A DNA stretch of 64,000 bases, from positions 1 through 64,000 of IMG/VR virus record IMGVR_UViG_3300037246_001677, one strand, 5' to 3'. The DNA is from a virus. Within the stretch, counting starts at the first letter, position 1, and each line of letters begins with the position of its first letter. Below, one piece after another: positions 10,356-21,732 of this stretch. The notes under the pieces are model-generated. The model made no database searches. It saw only the letters and a list, made by a program, of their open reading frames with translations, and was not told the DNA's origin. The position numbers were made by a program, and so were the translations under genes.

Positions 10356-10967
10356 TTATTCCCAGTATTGTTGCCAATCATTATTATACATTACTTTTAG
10401 TTTTTCAAGATATTCCCAGGTTTTTATCTTACACATCCAGAGTTTATGTCCTTTACCACCTTTACAAACAACACCTTCATTAACTGGATAATTTCCCTCA
10501 CGAACATCCCGAATAAATTGTTTGTTCAAATTACCTTTATAAACCAAATGAGCCGCAAAAGGTAATTCACCGAAATTGTCATAAAACTCTTTAGGTCCCA
10601 TTATACCTTTTTTATGAATATTAACATCAATTAACATTAAGTTCATTTCATCTTTTGGGTCATGTAAACCAGCAAAACTGTTTTGACCAACATATTCCAT
10701 AAAAACAGTTACTTTTTGAAGTTTTTTACCATAGTGGTGAAACATACTTTCCTCAATCCACTTTGCATGTAGATTCAGGAACAAAGGTTTCACATTAGGA
10801 AATTGTAAGTCATATTCACCAATTAAATGAGTTCTGCAACCAAACTTCCACCACCCATTTTTCTTAGTCCATTCAAATCGCATATTAGAGCCATCATACT
10901 TATAAAAAGCATAGCATGGCTTTCTTGGTGCTTTGCTGGAACCTATTATGGATGGATATTGTTTCAT
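10356..10967 (-). CDS. ATP-dependent RNA-ligase-like nucleotidyltransferase
   Basis: KYDGSN motif I, FMEY, EGVV motif IV, KIKT motif V. Confidence 0.7.
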   Translation of the reverse strand: MKQYPSIIGSSKAPRKPCYAFYKYDGSNMRFEWTKKNGWWKFGCRTHLIGEYDLQFPNVKPLFLNLHAKWIEESMFHHYGKKLQKVTVFMEYVGQNSFAGLHDPKDEMNLMLIDVNIHKKGIMGPKEFYDNFGELPFAAHLVYKGNLNKQFIRDVREGNYPVNEGVVCKGGKGHKLWMCKIKTWEYLEKLKVMYNNDWQQYWE

Positions 10968-11432
10968 TTATTTCCTCTATGTTAATATACCGCTGTCATA
11001 CAAAAAGTAAATTATTAAAGTTATGTCCCCCAATACCAAAAGAAACCCCATTATACTTCTAATCATATTTAATCCTTTCCATCGCATGGAATCATATTCC
11101 ATGCGATCTTCCATGCGATGTTAAAGTCTGTTGTCAAAGAATTTTTCCGACTTAGATACTATAACTGTATAGCATGGACAGTTTTGACATTCAAACTCTG
11201 TTTGAATTTCATCGTCATCCATCAAATTAGGGTTATAGAAAATTACATCATAACTGCCACAACTCGGGCATTTATGTTTTTTTAATAAATCATATATTTC
11301 TCTTTTTGATAAAGTTATTTCTTTCATCTTAAATATCTCCTTATCTTATTCCAAGTAGTAACTAACCACTTAGTCAGTTCAACAAAACATGTTTTTTCAA
11401 TTTCAGTCATTATTCTCATTTCGATCTCCTTT

Positions 11433-11867
11433 TTAACATGATGGACAATCTCCTCTACCCTTATTTCCACACACTTTACATGGTTCTATGTATTTGATTT
11501 TCTTTGGTTCCGGTTCCTTTTCTGGATATGGATTTTCTTTATACCACTCTTCCGGAGCATTACCCTGTATAGCATCTAATGGAACCATACCGTATTCATC
11601 CAAAGTGTGAATATGAAGCATACTTCTAAGAGATTCGGCTTGTTGAAGTGAAAGAACTGAAACATCAAATTTCTTAAGTATTTCTTCAGCACTCTCAAAT
11701 TCAATATATTGATTGGTGCCAATATTCCAGTCAATGGGATATTGTATAGCTCTTATTTCCCTAAGCAAATATTCATATTCTGCCGGACGCATCAGACAAA
11801 AACCTTCAACATCCATTTCATCTGCCCAGTTATATTTGGTTTTTAGTAAAAACATTGATAATGCCAT
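11433..11867 (-). CDS. Hypothetical protein
   Basis: ORF with AAGGAG RBS in leftward run. Confidence 0.6.
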   Translation of the reverse strand: MALSMFLLKTKYNWADEMDVEGFCLMRPAEYEYLLREIRAIQYPIDWNIGTNQYIEFESAEEILKKFDVSVLSLQQAESLRSMLHIHTLDEYGMVPLDAIQGNAPEEWYKENPYPEKEPEPKKIKYIEPCKVCGNKGRGDCPSC

Positions 11868-11880
11868 TTATTTCTCCTTT

Positions 11881-12213
11881 TTACATTGATGCCCAACCAA
11901 AAAAGATATACGCTCTTATTCCCTTTTTACCTTTTAGGCTTGGATATTGTTTTTTTGCTTTTTGAAGATAACTTCTTTTTAGTTCAACACACCAACAATC
12001 TCTCTTTTCAACATCGTTATCATGCTTCTCTAAATATTTTTGAGGACTCATGCGAGCCGGTAATTCAACCACTTTAGTTAAATCAGTTGTTGAGATTGTG
12101 CCGTTATACGGGTCAGTTCCATATTCACTTGTGGCTTGATCGTATAACTCATTAAATGCCTCTTGTGGTGTTTTTTTACCAATATAAAAATTTGAAAAAT
12201 AACATGCTCCCAT
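11881..12213 (-). CDS. Phage hypothetical protein
   Basis: GGAG RBS; MGA..F ... Y.GTIST ... FFGWAS pattern. Confidence 0.6.
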   Translation of the reverse strand: MGACYFSNFYIGKKTPQEAFNELYDQATSEYGTDPYNGTISTTDLTKVVELPARMSPQKYLEKHDNDVEKRDCWCVELKRSYLQKAKKQYPSLKGKKGIRAYIFFGWASM

Positions 12214-13145
12214 TATTTTGGTCTCCTTATTTCTTCACTAGTTGGTTTTGGTGGTCTCGGTCTCGGCCATGGTATATGTCCCATTATCCATACCTCCTTG
12301 ATTTTGAAGTTTGACCGCAGTCAGGACAAACAAAGGTCAATATATCAGCACCTTGCATGTCCTCTTCAATATTGACAAATTCTGTTTTGTCCTCATTTAT
12401 CCACATCTTACAATGACCACACCGAACTTGAATTTTCTTTTGATATTGTTTTCCCATTTTATTCCAACCATACCTTTTCAACCGTTACAATTGAGTTTTT
12501 AAGTGTTTCAGACATAAGTAAAACCACGTCACCCTCCGAATTTGTGAAAGAAGCAACACCACCAGGTCCAGCAATGAGTGAAGTAACTTCTACAACATAA
12601 TCCTGGAATGAATCTTTACCAGATGGAATTTCATCCGATTTACCATAATAGACACCTAAAGGCGTCTCAAATTTCACTCTTACAGTTATTTTAGTCATCT
12701 TTTCCGCCATCCCATTTGAAGTCATCGCAATATTTTTCAGCGACTCTCATTGCCAATTCGAGTTTAGAAGTACAAGGTCCCAAATTAGCCGCCTCTGCCA
12801 ATTTTCTTAAATATTTTTCCGGGTAGTGCTTTACTAAAGCCTCTACCAAAGAGTCATTTTTGTTACACATGCCTTTAATCCTTTCTTGATTTTATTTTTA
12901 AGACATTTCTCTTCTTTATATTCTACTAAATAATCTTGGCACATTTTCAAAACTTCAGAATCATCGAGTTGAGTTGGTTGGTGTGCTTTCGTAGCCTTCC
13001 AAATTAATTCACAAAGAGTCAAATCCGGCGTTTCGTACCATATCTCTTTTAATTCGAGCATGATATGTTCTTTCTTAGCCAGTAATTGTTTTTCTGTAAA
13101 TTTATATGTGCTTTTCATATAGAGTAATCCTCCTCGATTTTTTCT

Positions 13146-13505
13146 TTACCATGATGTGTCCACCACATAATCACCTTTTTGAATTTTTCCCCGTCTTGCT
13201 AAATCATTCAAATAATTGCGAGTCATGTACATTTCTTCTCTTAATTCAACTTGTTTCATGTCATATTCACTTAACTCACCATCCACTGTAAACTCGGAAC
13301 TGGTATAGTTACCAATTTCCTCAGAAGCAGTGATAGAGTACTCTTTGAAACCATACTCCTTTTCGATTATTTTTTCAACATCGTGACCTTCACAGTGAAC
13401 AATCACTTTTGTCTCGCCTAAGTCATATTTGACTGGTTCTACGATACATTTTCTTAATATATCAGCCATAGAAGGAGTATCATCAACTACAAGTATTTTT
13501 TTCAT
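13146..13505 (-). CDS. Hypothetical protein
   Basis: AGGAG RBS; 119-aa ORF. Confidence 0.55.
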   Translation of the reverse strand: MKKILVVDDTPSMADILRKCIVEPVKYDLGETKVIVHCEGHDVEKIIEKEYGFKEYSITASEEIGNYTSSEFTVDGELSEYDMKQVELREEMYMTRNYLNDLARRGKIQKGDYVVDTSW

Positions 13506-13818
13506 TTTATGCTCCTATGTAGGGACGACCACTACCTTGATTATCCCATGGCTTTTCTTTTTTAAACGCATGTCTCCAATCACAAGAGAACAGAAACATA
13601 TTGAGTTCCTCTAAAAAATCCAAAATCCAATTAATAGGTCTATATAACATTTTAATGTCCCTCCATTTTAATTTCATAAGAAGTTATTTCACATGACTTC
13701 AACATTAAGTTTAAAACTTTAATGTTTGAATCGAAGTCGGATTCATCAATTAATCTTTCAATCGTATGATACCGTGATTGTAAATCTTCAGCCCAGTTCA
13801 CTTTTATTTTATATCTCA

Positions 13819-14043
13819 TTATTCCCAAACCTCCTCTGATAAGTCAACCGGCCATTTTCCTTGGATTTGACCACAATCTAAACAGTATCTAAATTCTATA
13901 TAATCACCACCACCGATATTCATGTTATTAGGGACATATCCATGATAATTTAGTCCTTCGGATATACAGGACATGTTGAACAAGTCACTGCATTTTCCTG
14001 AAATATCAGCAATTTTTTCACTATCACATGTTGAACATTTCAT
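13819..14043 (-). CDS. Cys-rich hypothetical protein
   Basis: CxxC, GGGDY, CLDCGQ; overlapping stop/start. Confidence 0.6.
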   Translation of the reverse strand: MKCSTCDSEKIADISGKCSDLFNMSCISEGLNYHGYVPNNMNIGGGDYIEFRYCLDCGQIQGKWPVDLSEEVWE

Positions 14044-15804
14044 TATATTTTCCTTTCGAGTCCGATTAAGTACTCTTCCATTTGCAATTTCATTTCTTTA
14101 GTTTTATTAAAATTGTCTAAGTTGAAAAAACTGTACCTTTTTAAATTTTCCGCTGTTGTCCCACCTGGTAAACCAGAACAAAGTATAACATAATGTAACC
14201 ATTCATTATCTATGTAACCTTTGCATCTTAAAGCCACATCAATTATTCTATGACTAACACCACAATACGGACATATCATTATATCCAATCCTCCTCTATT
14301 AATTCTAAAAATTTATCATTTAGCATGCCAAAATTCCTCCACAAGTTTATCAAATTCTGTTAAATCATCTTTATGTGACGCTTCTACTAAATTTTCAAAT
14401 TTTTCATCAGCAATTGCCTTTTTAGCTTTTTGCTGTCTTACATGTTTTCGTTCTATGATGCGATCGACAGAACCAATTATATCATCAGTGTCATAGTGAA
14501 CATGAGATACACAATTTTGGTCCCACCAACCATTAACATCACCGTTTTTATCAGTTAACGGATATGCAAGAAAGTAATCACCTTTTTTCGGTTTGATTAA
14601 GTATAAGTGATTCTCTAATTTCATTTCGCTCTCCTTATATTCGTTATATTTGATAATGCACAGCGACCACCTTCGAAAAATGCCATCTTTGCAGTGGTTT
14701 TAAGTAATTTGAACCAATCCTTTTTGGTCTTTACATAGACTTCCAGACCGGCGGGATAAAATTTGTTAGGTTTGAGTTTTCCAGGAACACCATGATTTTC
14801 CTTATGTGCCCCTTGAAGTCGTTTGACATGTTTTTCATCAACTTCACCTAAGAATATAAGGCTAAAATCGCCATCTACATAGTTAGGAGTTGAACTAACG
14901 ATTTTGACTTCTTGTTTGTTCATGGCATCATATAGTCGAATGTCAACATATTTCAGATATTCATTATCCATGTAGTCATTGATTTTAATGACCACACCAG
15001 TATAATTATCGTTACCGTTTAAAACTCGAATATTATGTCCAACTTCAATTTTTTTCATTTTGGTTTCCTTCGTCAGTAAAGTATCCAATATTAAATGAAT
15101 GACTTTCAACATCAGTGATTACATCTTCAACAATATCAATTATTCTATTACGGCAAGTATCTATAATAGAATTAGCGGCTTTTATACATGCTTTTTTAGA
15201 ATCTATATTATCGCGCTTCATTATCGCAATAGCATTCAAACCATAGCCAATACCCAAAAATATAGCACTTATGTGATTAATTATTTTTCCTTTTGTTTTC
15301 ATTTGGCTTCCTTTCCTCTTCAATTTCCTTCATGCTCTTTTTGAAGCAATAATCTATATTACAAGGATAGACAAATTGTGGATAAAAGACCGATAATTTA
15401 CAATATCCCCAATCGTCTAAATATTCGCATTTTTTGTCCATGTTAAAAGAACACCTTAGCAATTAAGATTACTACCACTATCACAATCCAAGTTTTTTTG
15501 TTAAAAATTAAGTCAAACATATAACTTCTCCTTATACCAAATTAGTGGTTTATTATCTAAAACTCGTTTAACGGCGGACCTCACAAAATCGCCATTCAGC
15601 CTTACAGTCACTCGACCTCCGAACTGATGGTCAATAACTCGACATTTGTAAATGTCCTTACCGCTCTTATAGTCAACACCTATCAACTTTATTTGTCCGT
15701 TGAAATTCAGACAGAACTTTATTGCATTTACATACATTCGATTTTTAGTGTCACAAATGTTCATGTCTAAATCCTTTCGTTCAAATTTTCCAATCTTTAT
15801 GAGT

Positions 15805-15833
15805 ATTATATCATAAACACTCGAAAATGTAAA
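15805..15833 (-). promoter_or_regulatory. Early-type promoter TTTACA-N17-TATAAT
   Basis: Matches the motif recurring across the window; other minus-strand copies at 16334-16362, 17305-17333, 17860-17888. Confidence 0.75.
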
Positions 15834-15835
15834 CG

Positions 15836-15871
15836 AAAAAAGGGGTTTGACTTATCATCAAACCCCTTTTT
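15836..15871. terminator. Bidirectional intrinsic terminator after HU gene
   Basis: AAAAAAGGGGTTTGA...TCAAACCCCTTTTT hairpin. Confidence 0.8.
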
Positions 15872-15890
15872 AATTGGTAAATTGAAAAAA

Positions 15891-16232
15891 CTACTCGGCG
15901 GCGGGTACCTCGGCGGGTGCCTCAGTCGGCTCATCGACTTCAGGTGCTACGTAAGTCAAGATGAGTTCCTTCATGGCCTTGGAAGGCTTGAACTTCGGAA
16001 CCATTTTAGCCGGAACATCAATCGGCTCACCGGTTTGAGGGTTGCGGGCCTTTCTAGCGGCTCTCAGGACCACTTTAAAGGTACCAAAACCAACCAGGGT
16101 GACTTTCCCATCTTCGAAAAGTCCTTCCTTAATACCGTTCATAACATGACCGATAATCAGGTTGGCATCCTTTTTTGTAATTTCCGCGGCCTCGGCGACT
16201 TTGTTTGTAAGTGCTTTCTTGTTCATAAACAT
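15891..16232 (-). CDS. hup: HU-family DNA-binding protein
   Basis: MNKKAL, VTLVGFGTF, RAARKARNPQTGE, PKFKPSK; acidic tail. Confidence 0.93.
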   Translation of the reverse strand: MFMNKKALTNKVAEAAEITKKDANLIIGHVMNGIKEGLFEDGKVTLVGFGTFKVVLRAARKARNPQTGEPIDVPAKMVPKFKPSKAMKELILTYVAPEVDEPTEAPAEVPAAE

Positions 16233-16811
16233 TCTCCTTTTTTTGATTTTTACTGTGTTTTCAAAACCAAATCCAAAGGTATCTAGTTTTCACAGTTTGT
16301 TAAAAGTTATTCTCAATTTCGATCCATGAGAAGATTATATCCTAAATTCTATCCAAAGTAAATCTGATTTTTGATTTTTTTCCAGAATTTCTCCTTTTGT
16401 TTTAAGATTTAATCCCTTATTTATACCATCATAACGCACTGAAATGATGATGTAAATAAGAAATTAAAAAAATTACCTAGTCTAATCAGGGCTTTTTTGG
16501 AAACAGGACTTCCGTTTGCAAACCTTTCAACTTAAGACAAGTGTCGTCCACCGGTAATGATTGCTCTCCTTTTAAGCTCAACCGGACTTGTGTCCGCATG
16601 TCTTTACAGTCAGGATTTAAGACTGCTTTTGATCTTAAAATGTAAACTATAAGTGATAGTTTTCGCGTGTCCAAGACGCTGGGCGACTCGACTCAGGCTA
16701 TTCCGTATGAAATATAGTCATTTTAAAAATCCAAGTTACATAACTGCCGTTATGTCCCTTTTTTTATTATAATCGAACCGGGGCGGAATGTAAACCACCC
16801 CGGAATAATCG

Positions 16812-17081
16812 CTAGAATGCTGGTACAACTACTGTATTGCCAGCCATAATACCTTCAATTTCAGGTGTAATGTCTGTTAAAGCCTTGACCTCATTGAAGG
16901 TCAAACGACCGGCTTTTCCGAAGCCCTCACGACCGTCTTTGCGAAGGTAAACACGAGGACCGATCTGGAGCTTGAGTTCACCACCATTGTACTGCATGAT
17001 GGAAACCCTTAAATGCTTGTCCTCGGGATCGCCAATAACCCAACCCCGAAGTTCCTTATCCAAGGATTTATTAAATGCCAT
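16812..17081 (-). CDS. PC4/YdbC-like nucleic-acid-binding protein
   Basis: VSIMQYNGGELKLQI...FGKAGRLT pattern. Confidence 0.5.
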   Translation of the reverse strand: MAFNKSLDKELRGWVIGDPEDKHLRVSIMQYNGGELKLQIGPRVYLRKDGREGFGKAGRLTFNEVKALTDITPEIEGIMAGNTVVVPAF

Positions 17082-17340
17082 GTGGTTTTTCTCCTTTCGT
17101 TGATTTTTTTAAGCATTGTGCGTGTCGTTGAATCCATCCATTTTTGTCTTCAACTCCACCAAATATAACACATAAATTTTTATTTGTAAAAGAGAATTTT
17201 AAAAATTTACAAAATTTACCTTTTTCTATAGCACATGTGGTTTTCCCACATTCTATTTCTATAGTTAAAAGATTCATTTTGTTTCCTTTCGTTGATTTTT
17301 AAGAATTATAACACTGTCAAGAACGAATGTAAATCAAAAT

Positions 17341-17426
17341 TGGTCGGGATGCAGGATTCGAACCCGCGATAGACTTTGGCGTGAACTGCCTTCGCACCAA
17401 CGCTCTTCCTCTGAGCTATATACCCG
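17341..17426 (-). ncRNA. tRNA-like RNA with elongated anticodon arm
   Basis: Intact D-arm (GCTC/GAGC), T-arm GGTTCGAATCC, CCA; anticodon arm replaced by a 10-bp stem with 5-nt loop. Confidence 0.65.
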
Positions 17427-18358
17427 TAAATTGGGTGAATCGTTTTTTGTCAGGCAGAAATTCAAAAACTGCCATCGCGCTCATTATCGAGTCAGCGATA
17501 ATATGGGCTAGGCAACGAGTCGTAGGGTAAGCTGCGAACCCAATACAAGGGCTTTTATACGAGATCATTCATTGCCTTAAATCGGTTAAACCATCGAATT
17601 TATTAAGATTTGAAACTTTTTGAGTCGACTCAAAGGGTTAAAATTGATAAGAAGTCATATTAATAACCTAATCTACTGGTGCCTGGCGCCTTAAAGCATT
17701 TTTAATTAGGGGAACTAGCACAGCTAGTTCATTACGACTTGTTTGTTAGGGGTTAAAAAACTTTGTGGGCTTTCGTGTCTAATTTTGCTATTCAAATTTA
17801 ATTTCCTATTGCCCGCTCTCAAATGAATTATCGAGCCTCTAATTTCCGAACTTAAAATCATTATATCAAAATTAAATCGTCATGTAAATTAAAAATTTTG
17901 TAAACTGTTAAAAGGTTATTTGAAAAGTTAATTTGTTTCCTCATTTGATGAAACCATAATATCGTATTCGAACTCAGATGTAAATTTAAAATTGAATTAC
18001 ATTTTCGAAACTCGAACTACCAGATCGTAATTGATTTGAACTTCCAACCGTGATCTGAGAACCATCATATCGTACCGGAATGATAAGGTAAACAAAAATA
18101 ATATCCCCAATGATTTCGGGCCCTTGCCAGGATTCTCAATATTTCCGATGGCCTAACCCCCTGATTTCATAGGCCAAAACGTGGGTCCAGGACAACCCAG
18201 GTGACCGTGGTTGGGTTTAAATCGTTTTCCCATACCAAGGGTCGACTGGCCGAACCATGGTGCCCATTAGCGATTAGGTCAATATCCCCAATAAAATCAG
18301 GGCGTTAGGGTGCCTCATTATATTATGAGGCAGGCACACGTGCCTCATGTAATACGAG

Positions 18359-18510
18359 GCGCATCCAAATGGAGGCGCATCCAAACGGATGCGCATCCAA
18401 ACGGATGCGCATCCAAACGGAAGCGCAGGATTTTCCTACACCATAATGTGCCCTCAAATGGATGCGCATCCAAACGGAGACGCAGGATTTCCCGGCACCC
18501 TAATGTGCCC
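18359..18510 (+). repeat. Tandem 16-bp GCGCATCCAAAYGGAN repeats (5 copies) with a duplicated ~57-bp superunit
   Basis: Units at 18359, 18375, 18391, 18407, 18464; GCATCC/GGATGC is self-complementary. Confidence 0.9.
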
Positions 18511-18739
18511 CATTAAGCGAGGCACTCTAAACCACTGAAATCATTACACATATTGACGATTCGAGCCAGGCCGGTCTGAATCCGTCCAGTCGACCTCTGG
18601 TATCAAAATCCGTTCAAAACCCAACCTGGTCGATCTGGTGGGTCCTCAGCCTATATTCTGGGGATTCCCCACGGCCCCGGAATCATTGGAAAAAATCGAC
18701 CTGATCTAAGGCCCTGATTTTATTGGGGATAATTTATCG

Positions 18740-18768
18740 TTTACCATCCGATGCCCGTTTGATATAAT
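18740..18768 (+). promoter_or_regulatory. Early-type promoter TTTACC-N17-TATAAT
   Basis: Same motif at 18849, 19217, 19854, 21666, 24610, 26762, 29512, 32968, 36633, 44161, 47317. Confidence 0.8.
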
Positions 18769-19297
18769 CTTTTCAGATGTGAGGAATAAATTAAATGATT
18801 TCAAGCGGTTGTGATTAAGGTTCTGAATTTATTGAAAATTATTTCTGGTTTACGAGTTCGAATTTATTTGATATAATTCTTTCATCAGTTGGAAATAACC
18901 CTTTAAAAAATTAACTTTTCAAAATAACCTTTAACCGTATTATTCGATGGCGACAAATTGTATTTGTCGATGGCAGACCAATCCTTTGGGGCCCCAGATT
19001 GTAAGCCATAATTCTACCATCAAATTTCAATTTCTCTAAACTCTTTAAATTTTTAAACCCGGGTTTAATTAATTCTCAAATGTTTCAAATGTTTTAAAGA
19101 TTGTATTGACATTACATTTATGCGCTTTTCCAGTAATGCCCAGTAAGTCGCTGAGTTTGACGTGCAGTTAGAGGCTACCATGTAATGTCACTAGAATTTT
19201 TAATAAAAAATTCTGATTTACCTTTGAAAATTGTTCTGATATAATGGTTTTCATCAAATGAGGAAAAATAAAAATAAATCGAAAGGAAATTATAGAT

Positions 19298-19492
19298 ATG
19301 ACAAAAATTCACGGTAACTCCAAATCCACTGTAGTTTTGAAGGAAGGTCGTACATTAATGGCTAACGCTGGTGGTAACACCCCTAAAGCTCGGGTTTTCA
19401 AATCTCGCTTTAATGCCGAAAAATTTGTCCGTAACATGATTCGGATGTCTAACAAACTCCGTTTCAAGGACTTCGAGTTCATCACTTTCTAG
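19298..19492 (+). CDS. Early hypothetical protein
   Basis: GAAAGGA RBS after promoter at 19217. Confidence 0.65.
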   Translation: MTKIHGNSKSTVVLKEGRTLMANAGGNTPKARVFKSRFNAEKFVRNMIRMSNKLRFKDFEFITF

Positions 19493-19539
19493 TCCATACC
19501 ACCAGTTTTCAGGGTTTCTGGATAAAAAACCCACTGCTT

Positions 19540-19845
19540 TTGATTGCCTGGGTACCTTCTGGTAAGTCCCCCAGAAATTTTAAGGATCCTCGGGTTATGG
19601 TGAGCCAAGCCTGTGTAACAGCAGGACGGTAAAGGACCGGCTCTGGCAATCAATTATGTCGGCTTGTAGGAAACGCGATGGTTTCCGACTAATAAATTAA
19701 CCATAAAAGTCTCCCGGTGTCGACTGCCGTAACCCGTCGGGACTGGACAATCCACTTGTCCATTGTGGTCGAGCCAACGGTAAAGGATGGTTAGTGCCTG
19801 TGAGCTAGGTTGGACGCCTGAAAATCGCATACCCATCTACCACAT
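19540..19845 (+). ncRNA. Putative structured ncRNA(s)
   Basis: GC-richer intergenic DNA; TTGATTGCC/GGCAATCAA closing stem; repeated GAGCCAA...ACGGTAAAGGA. Confidence 0.5.
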
Positions 19846-20103
19846 TTTTTTAGTTTACATAAATAATTCAGTATGATATAATTCTTTTAATAAATCGAAA
19901 GGGGAATATAAAAATGGCAAGAAAATACAATGTTTTAAAAGACAGAGAAGCCAAAGTAGACAACACTTTGGGTAAATATAACTACGGTACCGGCTTTGGT
20001 TGGTGCTCCAAAAAGAATAAAGGTAAAGCCAAACAGCACTACAAATCTGGTGGACACCAAAAATAAACCCCTCACTTCCCGCCCTTACCCCGTATGGGGT
20101 AAC

Positions 20104-20143
20104 AAAAAGAGTCCGGGTTGGCTATGCAACCTGGACTTTTTTT
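20104..20143 (+). terminator. Intrinsic terminator
   Basis: AGTCCGGGTTG/CAACCTGGACT stem + T-run. Confidence 0.75.
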
Positions 20144-20191
20144 GTTACAGTATACGAATTATGCAACATAAAAAATTGAAAGGAAATTGAC

Positions 20192-20377
20192 ATGACAGCA
20201 AAAGTTATGAAACATGAGGCAAAACGGTTCGCGAGTATGACTCACAAACAATTAACCACAAGGCTTTACAAATTGACGAACATGGAAAAACTTCATGCCT
20301 TCGTTGACTTTGCGGAAATGTTCGGTTATGATGATCTTGCCGACTTGGCAATCGAAAAAATTGACTTTCTGTCGTAA
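20192..20377 (+). CDS. Hypothetical protein
   Basis: GAAAGGA RBS; 61 aa. Confidence 0.6.
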   Translation: MTAKVMKHEAKRFASMTHKQLTTRLYKLTNMEKLHAFVDFAEMFGYDDLADLAIEKIDFLS

Positions 20378-20402
20378 AAATCTTTGAAAGGAGACCGTTT
20401 AC

Positions 20403-21131
20403 ATGACTAATAAATCGCTGTTTAGACAAATGGCGGGCCAGGTACACCCGGATAAATCAACTATATCCGAGCATGCCAGTGGCGCCAAAATGCGGGAAGT
20501 CTTAAAACACCGTAACGAGCCTGAAGTCTTACTGGCATTGGCTCGGAAATGGGGTTTACAGTTAGACGGTTCCTTTAATACTAACACTTTTGATAGAAAT
20601 TCCAGTCAATTTGCTGGTCAGGTTTTTGAGGCAGTCGTTGGTGCGATTGTAAAGCACTCTTTTACCTACGGCAGAGGTGGAAAATCCATATACGGAGTCA
20701 TTGTTAGCATCCGCAAGATTACCAAAGGGTATCGTAAGGGTGCTAATGAGTTCAAATTATATGACTTTAAAGATGGAACTATCTGGACTTTAAAGACTTT
20801 TGACAAACAACCTTTTAATAAAGTCGTTGGAATGTCTGCAAATGGTGAATTAAGAGAAGGTAAAGACAAATTAAACGATATAATCAGAGGCAATAGAGCA
20901 GTCAAAAAACTTCGCCAAAATATGGCTGACAACACTTTTAAAGGTCTTGGATTAAAGATAAACAAGAACTATATCGGTTCTGGCATACGAGTACTTATCG
21001 AATATAAGAATGATATATATAAATGGCATGTACTTGTTAGAACTACTCCAAAATCCGTATATGTTCCGAATGGTCACAAAGACAGGCGGATTCCAATATC
21101 GTCTGTAATACAAATAAAATTGGTAGCTTAG
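20403..21131 (+). CDS. Basic hypothetical protein with N-terminal J-domain-like HPD motif
   Basis: FRQMAGQVHPDK; AAGGAG RBS. Confidence 0.55.
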   Translation: MTNKSLFRQMAGQVHPDKSTISEHASGAKMREVLKHRNEPEVLLALARKWGLQLDGSFNTNTFDRNSSQFAGQVFEAVVGAIVKHSFTYGRGGKSIYGVIVSIRKITKGYRKGANEFKLYDFKDGTIWTLKTFDKQPFNKVVGMSANGELREGKDKLNDIIRGNRAVKKLRQNMADNTFKGLGLKINKNYIGSGIRVLIEYKNDIYKWHVLVRTTPKSVYVPNGHKDRRIPISSVIQIKLVA

Positions 21132-21342
21132 GAGGCATTTACAATGGGCGACATTTATGTTAATATTTATGAAGGTGACGCTTTTGAAAAGCGAATAACT
21201 TTAAAAGAAATAAACCCTGGTGTTTACAAGCTAGATGATCCTTCAGCCGATCCGGATAGGATTTTCCTTCGGAATGGCAGTGATGTTAGTGAAATAGTCA
21301 TGTATGCTTTGATGCACTTAGGTTTAAGGAAGGGAAAATAAA

Positions 21343-21657
21343 ATGGAAAAATATGTAACTGGAACCGACCAAACGGTCTGGGTTCACACAAAAGATAAAT
21401 GCAAAGGCAATTACTGTTGCATACACAATCCAAGCGATCACATAATGAAGGACTGGCCTACTCACTGGCGAGACGATCGCAGGCTGATGGAACGGATTTG
21501 TAAGCATGGTGTTGGCCACCCCGATCCGGATGACTTAGCCTTCAAAGCCCGCAACGGTTACCCCGACAGCGAGGGAGTACATGGATGCGATGGTTGTTGT
21601 GTAGGCACACCATACAGAAATGTAGTCAACGACAATCTTTGTCCAGTCGGAAAATAA
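21343..21657 (+). CDS. Cys/His-rich phage hypothetical protein
   Basis: CCIHNPSDH...ERICKHGVGHPDPD...HGCDGCC. Confidence 0.65.
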   Translation: MEKYVTGTDQTVWVHTKDKCKGNYCCIHNPSDHIMKDWPTHWRDDRRLMERICKHGVGHPDPDDLAFKARNGYPDSEGVHGCDGCCVGTPYRNVVNDNLCPVGK

Positions 21658-21732
21658 ATTTTTAATTTACATAAAAAAATTTGTGTGTTATAATTCTTTC
21701 ATAAATCGAAAAATAAAACGAAAGGAAATAAA

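Larger units (their letters stand above)
17900..19270. repeat. Large degenerate inverted-repeat region at the transcription divergence point
   Basis: ~18100-18303 mirrors ~18585-18733 (ATACCAAGGGTCGACTGG vs CCAGTCGACCTCTGGTAT; TATCCCCAATAAAATCAGGGC vs GCCCTGATTTTATTGGGGATA); 17908-17962 mirrors 18908-18935 and 19238-19266. Confidence 0.8.

Noticed and set aside
13146-13505. Response-regulator receiver (MKKILVVDD...)
   Set aside because: Similarity stops after ~19 aa; no phosphoacceptor Asp or KP motif.
15882-16286. 134-aa plus-strand ORF
   Set aside because: Antisense shadow of the HU gene.
18359-18510. CRISPR array
   Set aside because: Repeats are directly tandem with no unique spacers; no cas genes.
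18310-18516. 68-aa ORF over the tandem repeat
   Set aside because: No RBS; the translation only mirrors the DNA repeat.
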